Shown: positions 19,200 to 30,109, counted from the whole stretch's first letter. The stretch: DNA of 63,709 nucleotides, filler included, from Candidatus Nezhaarchaeota archaeon WYZ-LMO8 (GCA_004347965.1; 4 parts of 3 records of this genome joined end to end with filler, not necessarily neighbours in it), one strand, 5' to 3'. The notes: generated by a model from the sequence alone, not told the origin. Numbers and translations: made by a program.

Positions 19200-20213
19200 T
19201 CAGTTAGAGCTGTATTCGATGTTCTGCATTAGAGCTTGATGACCATGCATAATCCTTTGAGTTGTGAGGTGTAGTGCTATTGTGATTATAGTCCACGTAA
19301 TTATTCCTATTGCTCCCAAACCTAGAAGTACTTCTCGCTGTTCTAGTGGAAGGTTTGATGCTACTACTGTTAAACTCCACAATGCGTTAATAGCACCGTG
19401 AAGAGATGCTGCTGGAATGATGCTGCTGCTCACAGTTACCAGTAGAAGATGTGGAAACGTTGTTGCTATGGTAAGCATTGTAAATAGCGCGATTCCTAAC
19501 AACCTGTTTATCGGGTAATCGTATCCTAGGATGGCTATCGCTGATGCATGCCATAAACCCCATAAAGCTCCTACCACGACAATGCTCCTAATGCTCGGTC
19601 TCGATCCCAAAAGGTGGTAGAGGTATCCTCTCCAACCAATCTCCTCACCTAAAGCGAAGAGGGCGTTTATCGATATTGCAGCCACGTATCCCAAGAAGAG
19701 CTGTGAATAAGCAGCTACACTAGCAAGAGCTTTCAACTCTACATCGGACATGGAGGGAATCTGAGCTTTAATAGTCTCAGTCAACATGTCTACGTAGATG
19801 TCGAAGTTAAATAGCCCTAGCGGCATGGTAATAGCCACGTAAACTCCAAGAGCTAGGTAAGCTATCGTTGGCGCCAATAAGTAGTACACCACTACCCTCT
19901 TAGAGAGTTTTAGGAACCACTTAATTCTCGATACTACATCCTCCTTGAACATTATCAAGCAAATGACTACTGATAAAGCAACGCTCCACATCCTTATAGA
20001 GCCCCATAACCACAATATCATCGGCGTGTAGAAGCTAATCATGATGACATCGAGTATAAGAGCTATGGTGTAAGATAGAATTACGAAAATTAGGATTCTC
20101 GATAAAGTTGACTTATCCAAATACTGCACCCAAAGTGGAGGGCATGTACTGGAAGTTAAGTTTTGCTTCTCGCCCTTCGAGAGATCATAGCTTAAACGTG
20201 TAGACGTAACCAT
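19200..20213 (-). CDS. CPBP (CAAX/Abi) family intramembrane metalloprotease
   Basis: EEIGWRG, WGLWH and HGAIN motifs with multiple TM helices; start position uncertain. Confidence 0.9.
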   Translation of the reverse strand: MVTSTRLSYDLSKGEKQNLTSSTCPPLWVQYLDKSTLSRILIFVILSYTIALILDVIMISFYTPMILWLWGSIRMWSVALSVVICLIMFKEDVVSRIKWFLKLSKRVVVYYLLAPTIAYLALGVYVAITMPLGLFNFDIYVDMLTETIKAQIPSMSDVELKALASVAAYSQLFLGYVAAISINALFALGEEIGWRGYLYHLLGSRPSIRSIVVVGALWGLWHASAIAILGYDYPINRLLGIALFTMLTIATTFPHLLLVTVSSSIIPAASLHGAINALWSLTVVASNLPLEQREVLLGLGAIGIITWTIITIALHLTTQRIMHGHQALMQNIEYSSN

Positions 20214-20364
20214 AATCTAGCCATCCTATCCTTAGCTTTGTGATTAGGACGTGTGGAGCTGTTGAAAAAGTAGATGGCTCTGAACGTGGGCATCAATGAT
20301 CGTGAAAGTTCATGAGACACTACTTACTAAGATGATTTTGTAACTTTACCATGACGAAGCTTTA

Positions 20365-21369
20365 TTACTTGAAGTAGCTCTTTAAGAATTCTTTATAGCG
20401 TTTTATTGACTTAGTCTCCTCTGGATCTAATCCTCTAAGTTTTGCTAAAATGACCGATGATAGACCTACGATCCACGAGCCATACAGCATAGTTTCAAGG
20501 TAACTTGGCTTACTAACGTTCAGGACCTTTAGGTTGTAGCCAAGCTCCCTCAAGTAATCTGATGCAAAATCTATGAGACCCGGTCCCTCTTTGAAGAGCA
20601 CGAATTTAAACCATTCTCTGTTTCCACCTTCCCATCCAACTATGTCGTTGTGTCCCCATTCTGGAAGAACTTCTACCTTCCCAACGATCTTAGAGTTCTC
20701 ATTGAACTCGTTCTTAGCTCTGAGGCCAAGCGGATACAAGTCATCAGTAACTACGAATACTGGAACTCCCGTAAATAGAAACTTTGCGAGGTCCTCGGCT
20801 ATTTCAATTGCTACTCGATCTTCTAGAACTTCAACACCACTCTCTATTCTCAGATCGAGGTTTAATAGTGAATTGATTAAGTTTATGGTTCCTGCTAGTA
20901 GAGCTGGGAAGGCTGATCTGGGAGTATGTCCTCCCTCAACCACGATGCGAGGGCTCTTCACCTTCTCGGCCATGGCCATAAGGCGACCGCCAGATGCAAC
21001 CACACAGGTTATAGCTCCTCTCTTGACGGCCTCGCTAAAGGACATTATGGTCTCCAAGGTCTCACCTGAGTAACTTAGTGCCACTACTAACCAGTCCTTA
21101 CCTATGAACTTAGGGAGGGTATAATCTTTGATCGTAACGACTGGGATATCGAGGGTCTTGCTCAAGAGCTTTGTTAGCACGTCTCCTATTATTCCTGAGC
21201 CGCCCATTCCTAGGAAGGATATGCCTCGAAGCGCTCTCACGTCTATAAATTTAGCATCTAGCACTTCACTTTCGAGAGCTCTCTTCAATTGCAAGCTCCA
21301 ACTCAGGTAATCTTCAAAGAGCTTGCTCATTAATGCTGCCTCCGGGTTTTTCAAGACCTTCTCCACCAT
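20365..21369 (-). CDS. Bifunctional phosphoglucose/phosphomannose isomerase (crenarchaeal PGI/PMI)
   Basis: GMGGSG, SYSGETLET, NENSK and PEWGHN motifs. Confidence 0.92.
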   Translation of the reverse strand: MVEKVLKNPEAALMSKLFEDYLSWSLQLKRALESEVLDAKFIDVRALRGISFLGMGGSGIIGDVLTKLLSKTLDIPVVTIKDYTLPKFIGKDWLVVALSYSGETLETIMSFSEAVKRGAITCVVASGGRLMAMAEKVKSPRIVVEGGHTPRSAFPALLAGTINLINSLLNLDLRIESGVEVLEDRVAIEIAEDLAKFLFTGVPVFVVTDDLYPLGLRAKNEFNENSKIVGKVEVLPEWGHNDIVGWEGGNREWFKFVLFKEGPGLIDFASDYLRELGYNLKVLNVSKPSYLETMLYGSWIVGLSSVILAKLRGLDPEETKSIKRYKEFLKSYFK

Positions 21370-21483
21370 AATTACTTAAGTTAGTGTTCGAGGAAAAATT
21401 ATTGCTCGAGCAAGGTTAGAAGCTTTTATAAAAAACTCTTCGCGCAATGAATGTTACTACCCGATTTCAATCTCTTCATTGAC

Positions 21484-22077
21484 TCATTTACCTGCAGTGT
21501 AAGCTCTTTTAGTCTCTCTGTGAACAGATGGGGAGGTAATGGAGCTCATTAAAATGATGACCCCGACAATGACGAATACCGTGCTAAAGCCGAAGTGATC
21601 AGCTAGTAGTCCACCGATTGATGCAGCTGCAGCTTGTCCTAAGCTCGTCGAAACTGCGTAGAAGCCCCATTCCAATGATTCGTGACCCTTATCTATGTAC
21701 CTAGTAAAGAGGCTCATTATGGATGAGTAGCGTAGAGCTGTTCCAATACCGTTTAACGCTTGAAGCACGTAGACTTGCCATGGATAGGTGGCGAAGACGT
21801 AGAGGAGGAAGGATGCACCCACAATGATCGTTCCAGTAGATAGCAAGGCTATTCTCTGCGTTTCATTCAAGACCTTGTCCACGTAGTAGGCTGAAATCAA
21901 CCTAACAATAGAGAAGAGAACCATGTATATTGAAGTAGCAACTCCAACTACTGCCGCTGAGCCTCCAATAATGTTGTTAGCTACGAATATAGCAAATATT
22001 GGAGTTATTAATCCACTTGCTGCTAGCATGTTAGTATCTAAGATTATTAGGGACTTCACCACGCTGTTTAGTCTCAT
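21484..22077 (-). CDS. Half-size (about 6 TM) MFS-type transporter
   Basis: 197 aa with six hydrophobic segments and an MFS-like GGLLADHFGF motif; no room downstream for a second half. Confidence 0.75.
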   Translation of the reverse strand: MRLNSVVKSLIILDTNMLAASGLITPIFAIFVANNIIGGSAAVVGVATSIYMVLFSIVRLISAYYVDKVLNETQRIALLSTGTIIVGASFLLYVFATYPWQVYVLQALNGIGTALRYSSIMSLFTRYIDKGHESLEWGFYAVSTSLGQAAAASIGGLLADHFGFSTVFVIVGVIILMSSITSPSVHRETKRAYTAGK

Positions 22078-22094
22078 AACTCCACACCTTAAGA

Positions 22095-23396
22095 TTAAGC
22101 GTGTATGAATATTAGGTAGTGAAGTGCTTCTCCAATTAGCACCGCCGTCATGGTATAAGGGACACCAAGCTTTGTGAATTCCAGAAAAGAAACCTTATAG
22201 CCTCTCTTCTCCAATAGACCGACGGCGACAGCGTTAGCAGAAGCCCCTATGTAGGTACAATTTCCTCCCAAGCTCCCTCCAATAAGTAGAGCCCACATGA
22301 GGGCATAAACGTCCATACCCGATAGCTTCGAGAGCGTCATAACCATCGGTATCATAATGGCGAAGTATGGTATATTATCTATAAAGGCAGAAAAGAGGAC
22401 CGATATCCAAATCAGGATGGCTGAAGTTACTACAACACCGGATCCAGATGCTTCATAAACTTTTTTGGCTATGAGGTCTATAAAGCCTACCTCAGCAAGC
22501 CCGCCACTCATCAAAAGTATCGAGGCCACGAAGGCTATCGTCTTCCAATCAACGCCCTTAATTATCGCATCAAGCGACTTCTCCACTGGAGCTCTAAGAG
22601 CTAAAATCACCAACGCCCCAATGATCGGGGGGACCCAGAGGGGGACTTCGTACATCTTCCTAACGCTTAATAGAAGCACTACTAAAAAGAAGATAGTTAG
22701 AGCTTCAGCTAATACAACCTCATTTTTACTCACAACAAACTTTAAGTCCGCGGAGGAGCTGGAGCTCTTAACGTACTTCTTGGCTGTGACAAGTAGAGTT
22801 AAAGCGGCTATGGGGCAAGCGGCCATTATGATGAAAAACACGCCAGGTCTTCCTTCAAAAACTATGAAGTCGATGAAGCTCAAATTCAAGGCTGAAGCAA
22901 CCATCATTGAAGGTGGGTCTCCAATCATGAGTGCTGCTCCTACTAAATTCGAGCCTAAAGCAACTGCTAAGACGTACGGCACAGCACTTACACCGAATGA
23001 GCTCGCTAACCTGAAGGCTATGGGGGCAAGGAGGAGGGTTGTAGAAACGTTATCTAAGACGGCTGAGATGAGGGATCCCAGCATGGCTAGAATCAATAGT
23101 GCATTTAAGGGCTTGAACCCTGAAAACTTCAAGAAAGTTATTGTAACCCAATCCGTGAACCCTGATCTCTCTAAGTAATACGTTATCACAGCCATTCCTG
23201 TTAAAAGCCCTATGACGTTTATGTCGAGGTAGCTCAAGACCTTGTTTAAAGGTAGTAAACCGGAGACTATGAAAATTGCTGCTGAGACTAAGCCTACATA
23301 GGCTCTATGCACTCTTCCCCAAGCAATTAGTACAATCGATGCTACGAATATGGCGATAGCGATGATCATGTTGTTCAGCATTATGTTGGCTTCCAT
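22095..23396 (-). CDS. ArsB/NhaD/SLC13 (ion transporter superfamily) permease
   Basis: SAVLDNV, IGDPP, SAFIDNIP and GGNCTYIGASAN repeated hairpin motifs. Confidence 0.9.
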   Translation of the reverse strand: MEANIMLNNMIIAIAIFVASIVLIAWGRVHRAYVGLVSAAIFIVSGLLPLNKVLSYLDINVIGLLTGMAVITYYLERSGFTDWVTITFLKFSGFKPLNALLILAMLGSLISAVLDNVSTTLLLAPIAFRLASSFGVSAVPYVLAVALGSNLVGAALMIGDPPSMMVASALNLSFIDFIVFEGRPGVFFIIMAACPIAALTLLVTAKKYVKSSSSSADLKFVVSKNEVVLAEALTIFFLVVLLLSVRKMYEVPLWVPPIIGALVILALRAPVEKSLDAIIKGVDWKTIAFVASILLMSGGLAEVGFIDLIAKKVYEASGSGVVVTSAILIWISVLFSAFIDNIPYFAIMIPMVMTLSKLSGMDVYALMWALLIGGSLGGNCTYIGASANAVAVGLLEKRGYKVSFLEFTKLGVPYTMTAVLIGEALHYLIFIHA

Positions 23397-23550
23397 GTTA
23401 AACGAGCCTTGAAGATCTTGTGAAAGCGAGCTTATATTGTTTATGGTTAACGAGAGTACTAGCGTTTAATTAGGGTATTCGTGATCGATTCTAGCTTAGA
23501 CTTGCTTAAAGTAAGAAAGGTTAAATAATACAATGTAATTTAATCTTCCT

Positions 23551-24174
23551 ATGGCGGCTCAAGCTCAAGGGCAAATAGACTTGAAGAAGATCTCAAGGGA
23601 GATCTCAACATCAAGCGCGATGTTAGTGATGTACATAGTACTCTATGTAGTAGTATCGGCTTTAGTTAAATACGTGATCTCAACGCTTCTACCGAGCTTT
23701 GGCATTACAGTGGCAGAGTACGAGGTTTACGTCCAGATACTACTAGCTCTAGCCTTTGGATACCTCATCGTAAACAGTGTAGCTAGGCTCTTCTACTGGT
23801 CTACCGTAGGTAAGTATGGTCACTCTACGGCAGCAGCTATAAGGAATGTGGTGAGAATAGTGGGTGTGGGAGCTATGGTTGCTGCCATAGCTGGAGGAGT
23901 TGCTGGAGGAGCTGCAGGTGTGGCTCTCGGAGGCTTTCTAGGTATGGTCGTAGGCTTCGCTTCACAGCAAGTTCTAGGACAAGCAATAGCAGGTCTCTTC
24001 CTACTTATAGCTAGACCATTCAGGATAGGTGACGCAGTCGTTATAGCTGGCGAGGATGGCATAGTCGACGACGTCTCCACGCTTTTCACGAAAGTGGCGA
24101 AGACCGATGGCATTAAGGTATTGATACCAAATAACGCTATTATAGGAAGTAAGGTGTACCTAAAACCTAAGTAG
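23551..24174 (+). CDS. Small-conductance mechanosensitive channel family protein (short form)
   Basis: Gly/Ala-rich TM3 followed by GFASQ...IAG...RPFRIGD...IPNN. Confidence 0.88.
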   Translation: MAAQAQGQIDLKKISREISTSSAMLVMYIVLYVVVSALVKYVISTLLPSFGITVAEYEVYVQILLALAFGYLIVNSVARLFYWSTVGKYGHSTAAAIRNVVRIVGVGAMVAAIAGGVAGGAAGVALGGFLGMVVGFASQQVLGQAIAGLFLLIARPFRIGDAVVIAGEDGIVDDVSTLFTKVAKTDGIKVLIPNNAIIGSKVYLKPK

Positions 24175-24450
24175 CAATGATGATTAAGTTTCTTACTATT
24201 TTTAATTGTGTAGATGAGTAAGTATCTTGAGTGAGACTGTAAAAGTATCATGAGATCATGCCTTGCGACGAGAATGTTCTAGAAGAATGTTGATTCTAGC
24301 ACTATATTGACGACTTCAAGTATTTACGTCTTAGCAAGAAAAGGTAGCTTCCCCATGATTAATGATCAACTTTGAGGTCTAAGGATGGAGGTCTTCAGGC
24401 CTATTACCTAGCTTTGTATAAGAGATAAGAAACGTAAAGAAACGATTAGA

Positions 24451-24473
24451 ATAAAAAAATGAGGAGAATAAAA
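24451..24473 (-). terminator. Putative archaeal oligo-T terminator after gdhA
   Basis: TTTTATTCTCCTCATTTTTTTAT on the minus strand immediately after the stop codon. Confidence 0.5.
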
Positions 24474-25754
24474 CTAGATCCAGCCTCGAAGCTTCATAGC
24501 TTTAACGACCCTATCAATCGCAATGACGTAAGCAGCAACCCTCATTGGATATTCCGAGTACTTCTTCTGCCACTCATCAAGGACCTTATTGAAGTTTATA
24601 GTCATCATTTTGTCCAGCCTGGCAAGCGCCTCTTCATCTGTCAACCAGCACCCCATCCTGTTGTGGCTCCACTCTATCCAGCTCATAGTGACCCCTCCAG
24701 CATTTGCTAATATATCTGGCACGACCATTACCCCCCTTTCGTGTAGAAACTTATCCGCCTCAGGGGTTGTTGGTCCATTAGCACCTTCCACTATCACCTT
24801 AGCCTTGATCCTTTCAACATTCTCCTTTGTAATGACATTCTCAATAGCCGCTGGGATTAATATGTCGACTGGGAGCTCTAGAAGCTCTAAGTGATTTGCT
24901 AATACCTTTACACCCTCACTCTTGTAGTTAATAACAGCACCTGTACTCTCTTTTACTTGCATAACTTTTTCGATGTCTAAGCCCTTGGGGTTGTATATGT
25001 ATCCCTTACTGTCACTAACAGCTACTACGTTGGCACCCCACTCTGCTAGGTACTTGGCTGCATATATGCCCACGTTGCCAAATCCATGAACCGCTACGCT
25101 CTTACCTTCAAGTCCTCCTAGAACTCTCTTTGCCGCTTCTCGAGCTGAAAGAGCTGTACCGTATCCAGTTGAAACAACTCTTGCATAGAGACCTCCGATC
25201 TCCATAGGCTTAGCTGTTACGACACCCCAAGCTGGATATCCAACAATCTTGCTATACTCATCGTAGTACCAAGCCATCACCTGCGGGTTCGTGTACACAT
25301 CTGGAGCTGGTATGTCTATGTCGGGTCCCACATCTCTAGCTATGGCTGCAAAGTATCTTCTACTAAGCTCCTCAAGCTCTCTTGGACTAAGGATCTTGGG
25401 GTTCACCCTAACGGAGCCCTTACCGCCACCGTAGGGTAAGCCAGCTAACGAGTTCTTCCAAGTCATCCACATAGAGAGAGCAACAGTCTCACCTACCGTC
25501 GCGTTCTCACTATACCTTACTCCTCCCTTATAGGGACCTAAGGCGCTGTTGTGCTGACTCCTCCACCCGATTAAGGTGGCTACCCTACTGTCATCCCTCT
25601 TAATTACAACCTTTACTTGCACAAGCTTTTCAGGATGTACAAGAACTTCCACCACGTCGTCTGCAAGACCTAGTATCAACGCTGCATCACGTACTTGCTT
25701 TACAGCCATCTGGTAGACAGGATCCGTCTCATAGAGAACTCTGTACTCACTCAT
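24474..25754 (-). CDS. gdhA: Glutamate dehydrogenase
   Basis: GPYKGGVRY, GGGKG, DIPAPD, GFGNVG, EGANGP and DILANAGGV motifs. Confidence 0.95.
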   Translation of the reverse strand: MSEYRVLYETDPVYQMAVKQVRDAALILGLADDVVEVLVHPEKLVQVKVVIKRDDSRVATLIGWRSQHNSALGPYKGGVRYSENATVGETVALSMWMTWKNSLAGLPYGGGKGSVRVNPKILSPRELEELSRRYFAAIARDVGPDIDIPAPDVYTNPQVMAWYYDEYSKIVGYPAWGVVTAKPMEIGGLYARVVSTGYGTALSAREAAKRVLGGLEGKSVAVHGFGNVGIYAAKYLAEWGANVVAVSDSKGYIYNPKGLDIEKVMQVKESTGAVINYKSEGVKVLANHLELLELPVDILIPAAIENVITKENVERIKAKVIVEGANGPTTPEADKFLHERGVMVVPDILANAGGVTMSWIEWSHNRMGCWLTDEEALARLDKMMTINFNKVLDEWQKKYSEYPMRVAAYVIAIDRVVKAMKLRGWI

Positions 25755-25880
25755 ATGCTCACCTTCCAGGTAACGATATCAACTTTTCAAGCTGCGAGGT
25801 AGGCTTCGCTAGCTATATAAGTTTTTCCTGATCTGACCTGAACATTCAAGCCTTGCGCTTGGTCTCTCCATAGCCCAAGA

Positions 25881-26729
25881 TTACTTGAAGCTCACTTTCC
25901 CTCTTCTTCGCTCTCTAATAGATGGCTCAACGTGGATTGACATATCTATCCCGCTTAACTTGAGGTCTCTCTCTACGGTGTCGATGATCGCATGAATTTC
26001 TTCGAGGGATTTATCGGAGGATACTCTTACAATCATGTCTCCCTGATACACGTTTTCAAGGATCTTCCTAACCCTGAGCTTATCGACTTTTAAGCCATAT
26101 CTTCTTGCATTATCGAGAATCCTATCTACGACGCTTTGTGATGCCACGTCACTTATTGACACCATCACTTCTCTAAAGTTTTTCGCAAGCTCCACGAATA
26201 GGAAGCAGGTTAAAGCTATGGCTCCTAAATAGTCTATGACGAAGCTTACCACGATTCCACAAGTAGATGAAATTATTGACGTAGCGCTCTCTATAAGCTC
26301 TATCGTCGTAAAGCTTGCATAGCCAACTGTTAACGAATAATGTCTTGCCATAAGTATAGCTAGCCCGTAAGGGATCACGGCTATGGCTGCGAATATGGGG
26401 GCTTCATAGCCTACGCTATAGTCTCTCCCAGCAGTGCTCACTAAATCCAAAATTATCACACCAGCTACGAAAGAGTACAGCATGAGCATTGATATGGGTC
26501 CACCAAGCATCAATCTATGATGACCGTAGTGGTGGTCAGCATCAGGCGGCTCTAGGCCAGCTCTAAAGAATATCGAGACGAAGATTATGGCCAACGAGTT
26601 GGCTATGGACGTTAAAGCATCAACAAGAACGGACTTTGATTCGCCGATAACCCCTCCATAGATTTTCAGGGCTCCACCTATGAGACTAAAGACTACAAGT
26701 GCTATTAAAACTCTCTTCACGTTGTCCAC
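25881..26729 (-). CDS. Cation diffusion facilitator (CDF) transporter
   Basis: S.SVLVDALTS and PPDADHHYGH motifs; cytoplasmic domain ending in IHVEP. Confidence 0.88.
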   Translation of the reverse strand: MDNVKRVLIALVVFSLIGGALKIYGGVIGESKSVLVDALTSIANSLAIIFVSIFFRAGLEPPDADHHYGHHRLMLGGPISMLMLYSFVAGVIILDLVSTAGRDYSVGYEAPIFAAIAVIPYGLAILMARHYSLTVGYASFTTIELIESATSIISSTCGIVVSFVIDYLGAIALTCFLFVELAKNFREVMVSISDVASQSVVDRILDNARRYGLKVDKLRVRKILENVYQGDMIVRVSSDKSLEEIHAIIDTVERDLKLSGIDMSIHVEPSIRERRRGKVSFK

Positions 26730-26857
26730 GATCTCTCAAGAGATGTTGAGAGAGTGGGATTTAAGCTTTAATTGAAAGAATTTATGCTATGAAATCATCA
26801 CTTTTAACATCACGATCTTCGTTCTACTTGCAGCAAAGTATAAATTCTCTATGTAGA

Positions 26858-28084
26858 TTAAAGATGTTCCTTAAGCTTTTCTATCGGCATTCTCCCTGGA
26901 GTCTCAGACATCCTGAATGGAGAGTTTGGAACAAGCATCTCCTTACCATTTATATTTGCTTTCAAGAGCGAACTCCTGATGTACCAATGTTTTTCGCTAA
27001 GCGTTTCTTTAAGTGTGTAAGATCTTACTATTATGGGTCTTCCCACAAGCCTTCTGAAAGCCTCTGGCAAGAAACCTCTTCTAGTGGCCCTCTTTATGAG
27101 CTCGTTGGTTGAAAACTTTGAAAGCTCCTTCCTTACCTCCTTGTCAAGTTCAACTATTCGATCCACGTCATCAGTCACTCTATCAGTAGCGTATCTCCAA
27201 TCGGGCTCTAAATCCCATCTATTAATGAGCTTTAGAAAGGCTCTAAAGTCTGTGTCATATGGCGTAGCTATTGTTATGTATCCATCTCTAGTTTTGTATA
27301 CGCCGAATGGATACAGTATGTAATCTATGAAGCCATACTGAGGTCTTGACCTTCCGAAGAGGAAGCCCACTATGATCGGAAACTGATGCACTGCTGCCAA
27401 AGCTTCGTGAGTAGCTACGTCTATGAACTGTCCTTTGCCGCTTCTTAGCCTCTCGTAGAGAGCTATTAGTACTCCTGTTACAGCGCATATCGCTGCCATA
27501 GACCATGCAGCCCAGATACCAGCTCGTAGTGGGATTGGCCTTACACTTGGATTTCCTATGAGTGATGGATATCCATTACGAGCTTGAGCCGTTAGATCAG
27601 AGTCAGGGATATTGCAAAGCTCCTTGCTCTCCTTAGAGAAGTGTCCATAAGGTGATATAGCTAAATATACTACTTTAGGGTTTTTGCTTGAAATGTCTCG
27701 ATACCCCAACCCGATGGAGTCCAGATATCCAGGCTTAGTAGCATCAATGACCACATCGCATGACAATAAGAGGCTCTTCAACTCCTCTCTATCCTTCTCA
27801 TTCTCTAAGTCTAGGTGAACTATCTTCTTACCCACATTCTCAATGAGATATGGTATCCCAACACCCTTTATTCTGGCTCCGTACGGTGAAATTTCCCGAG
27901 TAGAATCTCCTGGAGACTCAACTTTTACGACTTCAGCACCAAGTTCTCTAAGCAAGCCTCCAACCATCGAGCCGACAAGGTTAGATTTGGAAATCTCTAC
28001 TACATTAATTCCATCCAATGCTGATGGCTTACCCTCGAAACTGAAAAACTTTGCTAAAAGCTCGTCTCTCTTACTCACACTCAT
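26858..28084 (-). CDS. Class III (CaiB/BaiF) CoA-transferase, probably the non-catalytic subunit
   Basis: LGAEVVKVE, ISPYG, GKGQFIDV and PFRMSETP motifs; the usual catalytic Asp position reads AGIWAAWS. Confidence 0.85.
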   Translation of the reverse strand: MSVSKRDELLAKFFSFEGKPSALDGINVVEISKSNLVGSMVGGLLRELGAEVVKVESPGDSTREISPYGARIKGVGIPYLIENVGKKIVHLDLENEKDREELKSLLLSCDVVIDATKPGYLDSIGLGYRDISSKNPKVVYLAISPYGHFSKESKELCNIPDSDLTAQARNGYPSLIGNPSVRPIPLRAGIWAAWSMAAICAVTGVLIALYERLRSGKGQFIDVATHEALAAVHQFPIIVGFLFGRSRPQYGFIDYILYPFGVYKTRDGYITIATPYDTDFRAFLKLINRWDLEPDWRYATDRVTDDVDRIVELDKEVRKELSKFSTNELIKRATRRGFLPEAFRRLVGRPIIVRSYTLKETLSEKHWYIRSSLLKANINGKEMLVPNSPFRMSETPGRMPIEKLKEHL

Positions 28085-29405
28085 CTTTTTCACCCTTAAA
28101 CACGGGGTCGTTACCTATATCCCAAGCATCAGGTGGGCACATACCTGGAGCCTGGTCCCAATAACCTATGATACCCTCTTCTTCAAGCTTCTTTATCTCT
28201 TCATCTGTGTAGCCAAGCCACTTCTTAAGAATTAACTTATTGTGATATCCAACAGGTCTCGCAAGCCACTTTATCTTGGGAGGAGTCGCGGAAAGATGTA
28301 TTGGAAGTACGGGGATGTGGACCTTACCGTAAATTCTATCATCAAATTCTATGATGCTACCTCGCTCCCATCTCCATGGATCCTTGTACACATCAAAATC
28401 GGCAAAGACAGGTGATGCTGGGAATCCGTAGGTCTTAGCGTAATTCATAATTTCATCTAAGGTTCTTGAGGAAACCCACTTAGATATGAGGTCGCTTAGC
28501 TCGTTTATGCACTCCTTACTTCTAAGCTTGTCCTTGTACTGACTAACTAGGTCTATGTTCATTGCCCTTGATATAGCAAGTAACTGCTCTTCATCCATTA
28601 TGGCGATTGCTACGAATTTCTCGTCGCTAGTAGCAAATATCCCTGAAGCTATTGCTAAGGGATCTACGTTGCCAGTCTTACCTATTTCCTCTCCTGTTAG
28701 AGTTAGGTACGTGATATCATAGAAGAATCTGAAGAGCGACTCAGCTTGCGATATGTCTATGTACTGACCCTTCCCCGTCCTCTCCCTGTAATAAAGAGCT
28801 GATATCACAGCAGCTGCTGCAACCATAGCTGGGAAGTAGTCTCCGAAGTAGTCTGGCAACTTGTAGAACTCATCTACATCTGGCCATCCGCTCTTCATGG
28901 CTACCCCTATAATTCCTTGAGCAGAGACATCAAAGCTTGGTGCTCTACTTAAAGGACCATACTGACCATATCCGCTGCAGCTTACATAAATTATCTTGGG
29001 GTTAATCTTACTGAGTTGCAGATATCCAAGACCTACCGCGTCTAGAAGACCTGCTCTAAAGTTCTCGATGAAGACATCAGCCTTTGCTACAAGTTTTAGA
29101 AGTATTTCACGCGCCTTACGGCTTCGTGCGTCAAGTGTTATGAGGTACTTATTTGCGTTCAACGTTAAGAACTGTAGCTGGCCCTTCTTGAACATCCGCA
29201 TCCAAACAGCACCTAATCTAAATCTATCTCCTTCCCCCATGGGCTCCACCTTAACAACGTCAGCACCGAATTGCGCTAAGACAGCACCTACGGTAGGTCC
29301 ATAGACGTAATGTGTCATCTCAATAACCTTGACGCCCTTAAGTGGCGGTTCGCGCTTTTCTCCACCTTTAAAGAGTCTCTCAACATACTCAAAATAGTCG
29401 CTCAT
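28071..29405 (-). CDS. Class III (CaiB/BaiF) CoA-transferase, catalytic subunit
   Basis: PLKGVKVIE, GADVVKVE, ENFRAG, SGYGQYGP, YFGD (catalytic Asp) and TGKGQYIDIS motifs. Confidence 0.92.
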   Translation of the reverse strand: MSDYFEYVERLFKGGEKREPPLKGVKVIEMTHYVYGPTVGAVLAQFGADVVKVEPMGEGDRFRLGAVWMRMFKKGQLQFLTLNANKYLITLDARSRKAREILLKLVAKADVFIENFRAGLLDAVGLGYLQLSKINPKIIYVSCSGYGQYGPLSRAPSFDVSAQGIIGVAMKSGWPDVDEFYKLPDYFGDYFPAMVAAAAVISALYYRERTGKGQYIDISQAESLFRFFYDITYLTLTGEEIGKTGNVDPLAIASGIFATSDEKFVAIAIMDEEQLLAISRAMNIDLVSQYKDKLRSKECINELSDLISKWVSSRTLDEIMNYAKTYGFPASPVFADFDVYKDPWRWERGSIIEFDDRIYGKVHIPVLPIHLSATPPKIKWLARPVGYHNKLILKKWLGYTDEEIKKLEEEGIIGYWDQAPGMCPPDAWDIGNDPVFKGEKDECE

Positions 29406-30109
29406 AATCCCAGATACACCTCCTTAATCCTTTTATCGCTCTTTAACTTCTCGGGTGTTCCCTCCATGACTATCCTGCCATTCTCAATCACGTAGGCTCT
29501 ATCACATATGTCAAAGACTCTATGTGCGTTTTGATCTGCAATAAGTATTGTAATTTTATGCTCATCCCTAAGAGCTCTTATAACTTTATATAAGTCCACA
29601 ACTATTCTCGGAGCTAGACCAAGGCTAGGCTCATCGATCAACATTAATCTTGGTCTCGACATGAGACCTCGAGCTATTGTAAGCATTTGTTGTTCGCCAC
29701 CACTCAAAGTTCCAGCTAACTGCTTCCTTCTCTCCTTCAATCGTGGGAATAAGGTGTAGACGAAGTCTAAAGCTTCATGTCTCCTTCTCCAAGACTCTCC
29801 ATGTATCGTCCCCAAAAGAAGGTTTTCCTCAACAGTTAAGAATGGGAAGAGTTGTCTACCCTCTGGAACTATGAAAAGACCTTTTTTAATTATCTCGTGT
29901 GTCTCCTTGTCGTCTATCCTTTCACCGTTGAGTGTTATTCTACCACTTCTCGGCTTAGTAATCCCCATTATCGTATTTAGTGTCGTTGTTTTTCCAGCTC
30001 CATTAGGGCCTATGAGACCTACAATCTCGCCTTCACGAACCTCTAAGGAGACGTCCCAGAGAGCCTTGACTTTACCATACCAGACCTCGATATTCTCAAC
30101 AATCAACAT
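29402..30109 (-). CDS. livF: HAAT-family ABC transporter ATPase (LivF-like)
   Basis: GPNGAGKTT, VPEGR, LSGGEQQM and DEPSLGLAP motifs. Confidence 0.92.
   Translation of the reverse strand: MLIVENIEVWYGKVKALWDVSLEVREGEIVGLIGPNGAGKTTTLNTIMGITKPRSGRITLNGERIDDKETHEIIKKGLFIVPEGRQLFPFLTVEENLLLGTIHGESWRRRHEALDFVYTLFPRLKERRKQLAGTLSGGEQQMLTIARGLMSRPRLMLIDEPSLGLAPRIVVDLYKVIRALRDEHKITILIADQNAHRVFDICDRAYVIENGRIVMEGTPEKLKSDKRIKEVYLGL

Noticed and set aside
22465..23178. 237-aa plus-strand ORF and many other antisense ORFs in the track (e.g. 20573-21073, 6174-6590, 57471-57911)
   Set aside because: They are shadows opposite well-supported genes, with Ser/Thr/Pro-rich composition and no motifs.
24177..24240. 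ATGATGA (C-box-like) after the MscS gene
   Set aside because: No properly placed CTGA D or D' boxes, so a C/D sRNA is not supported.
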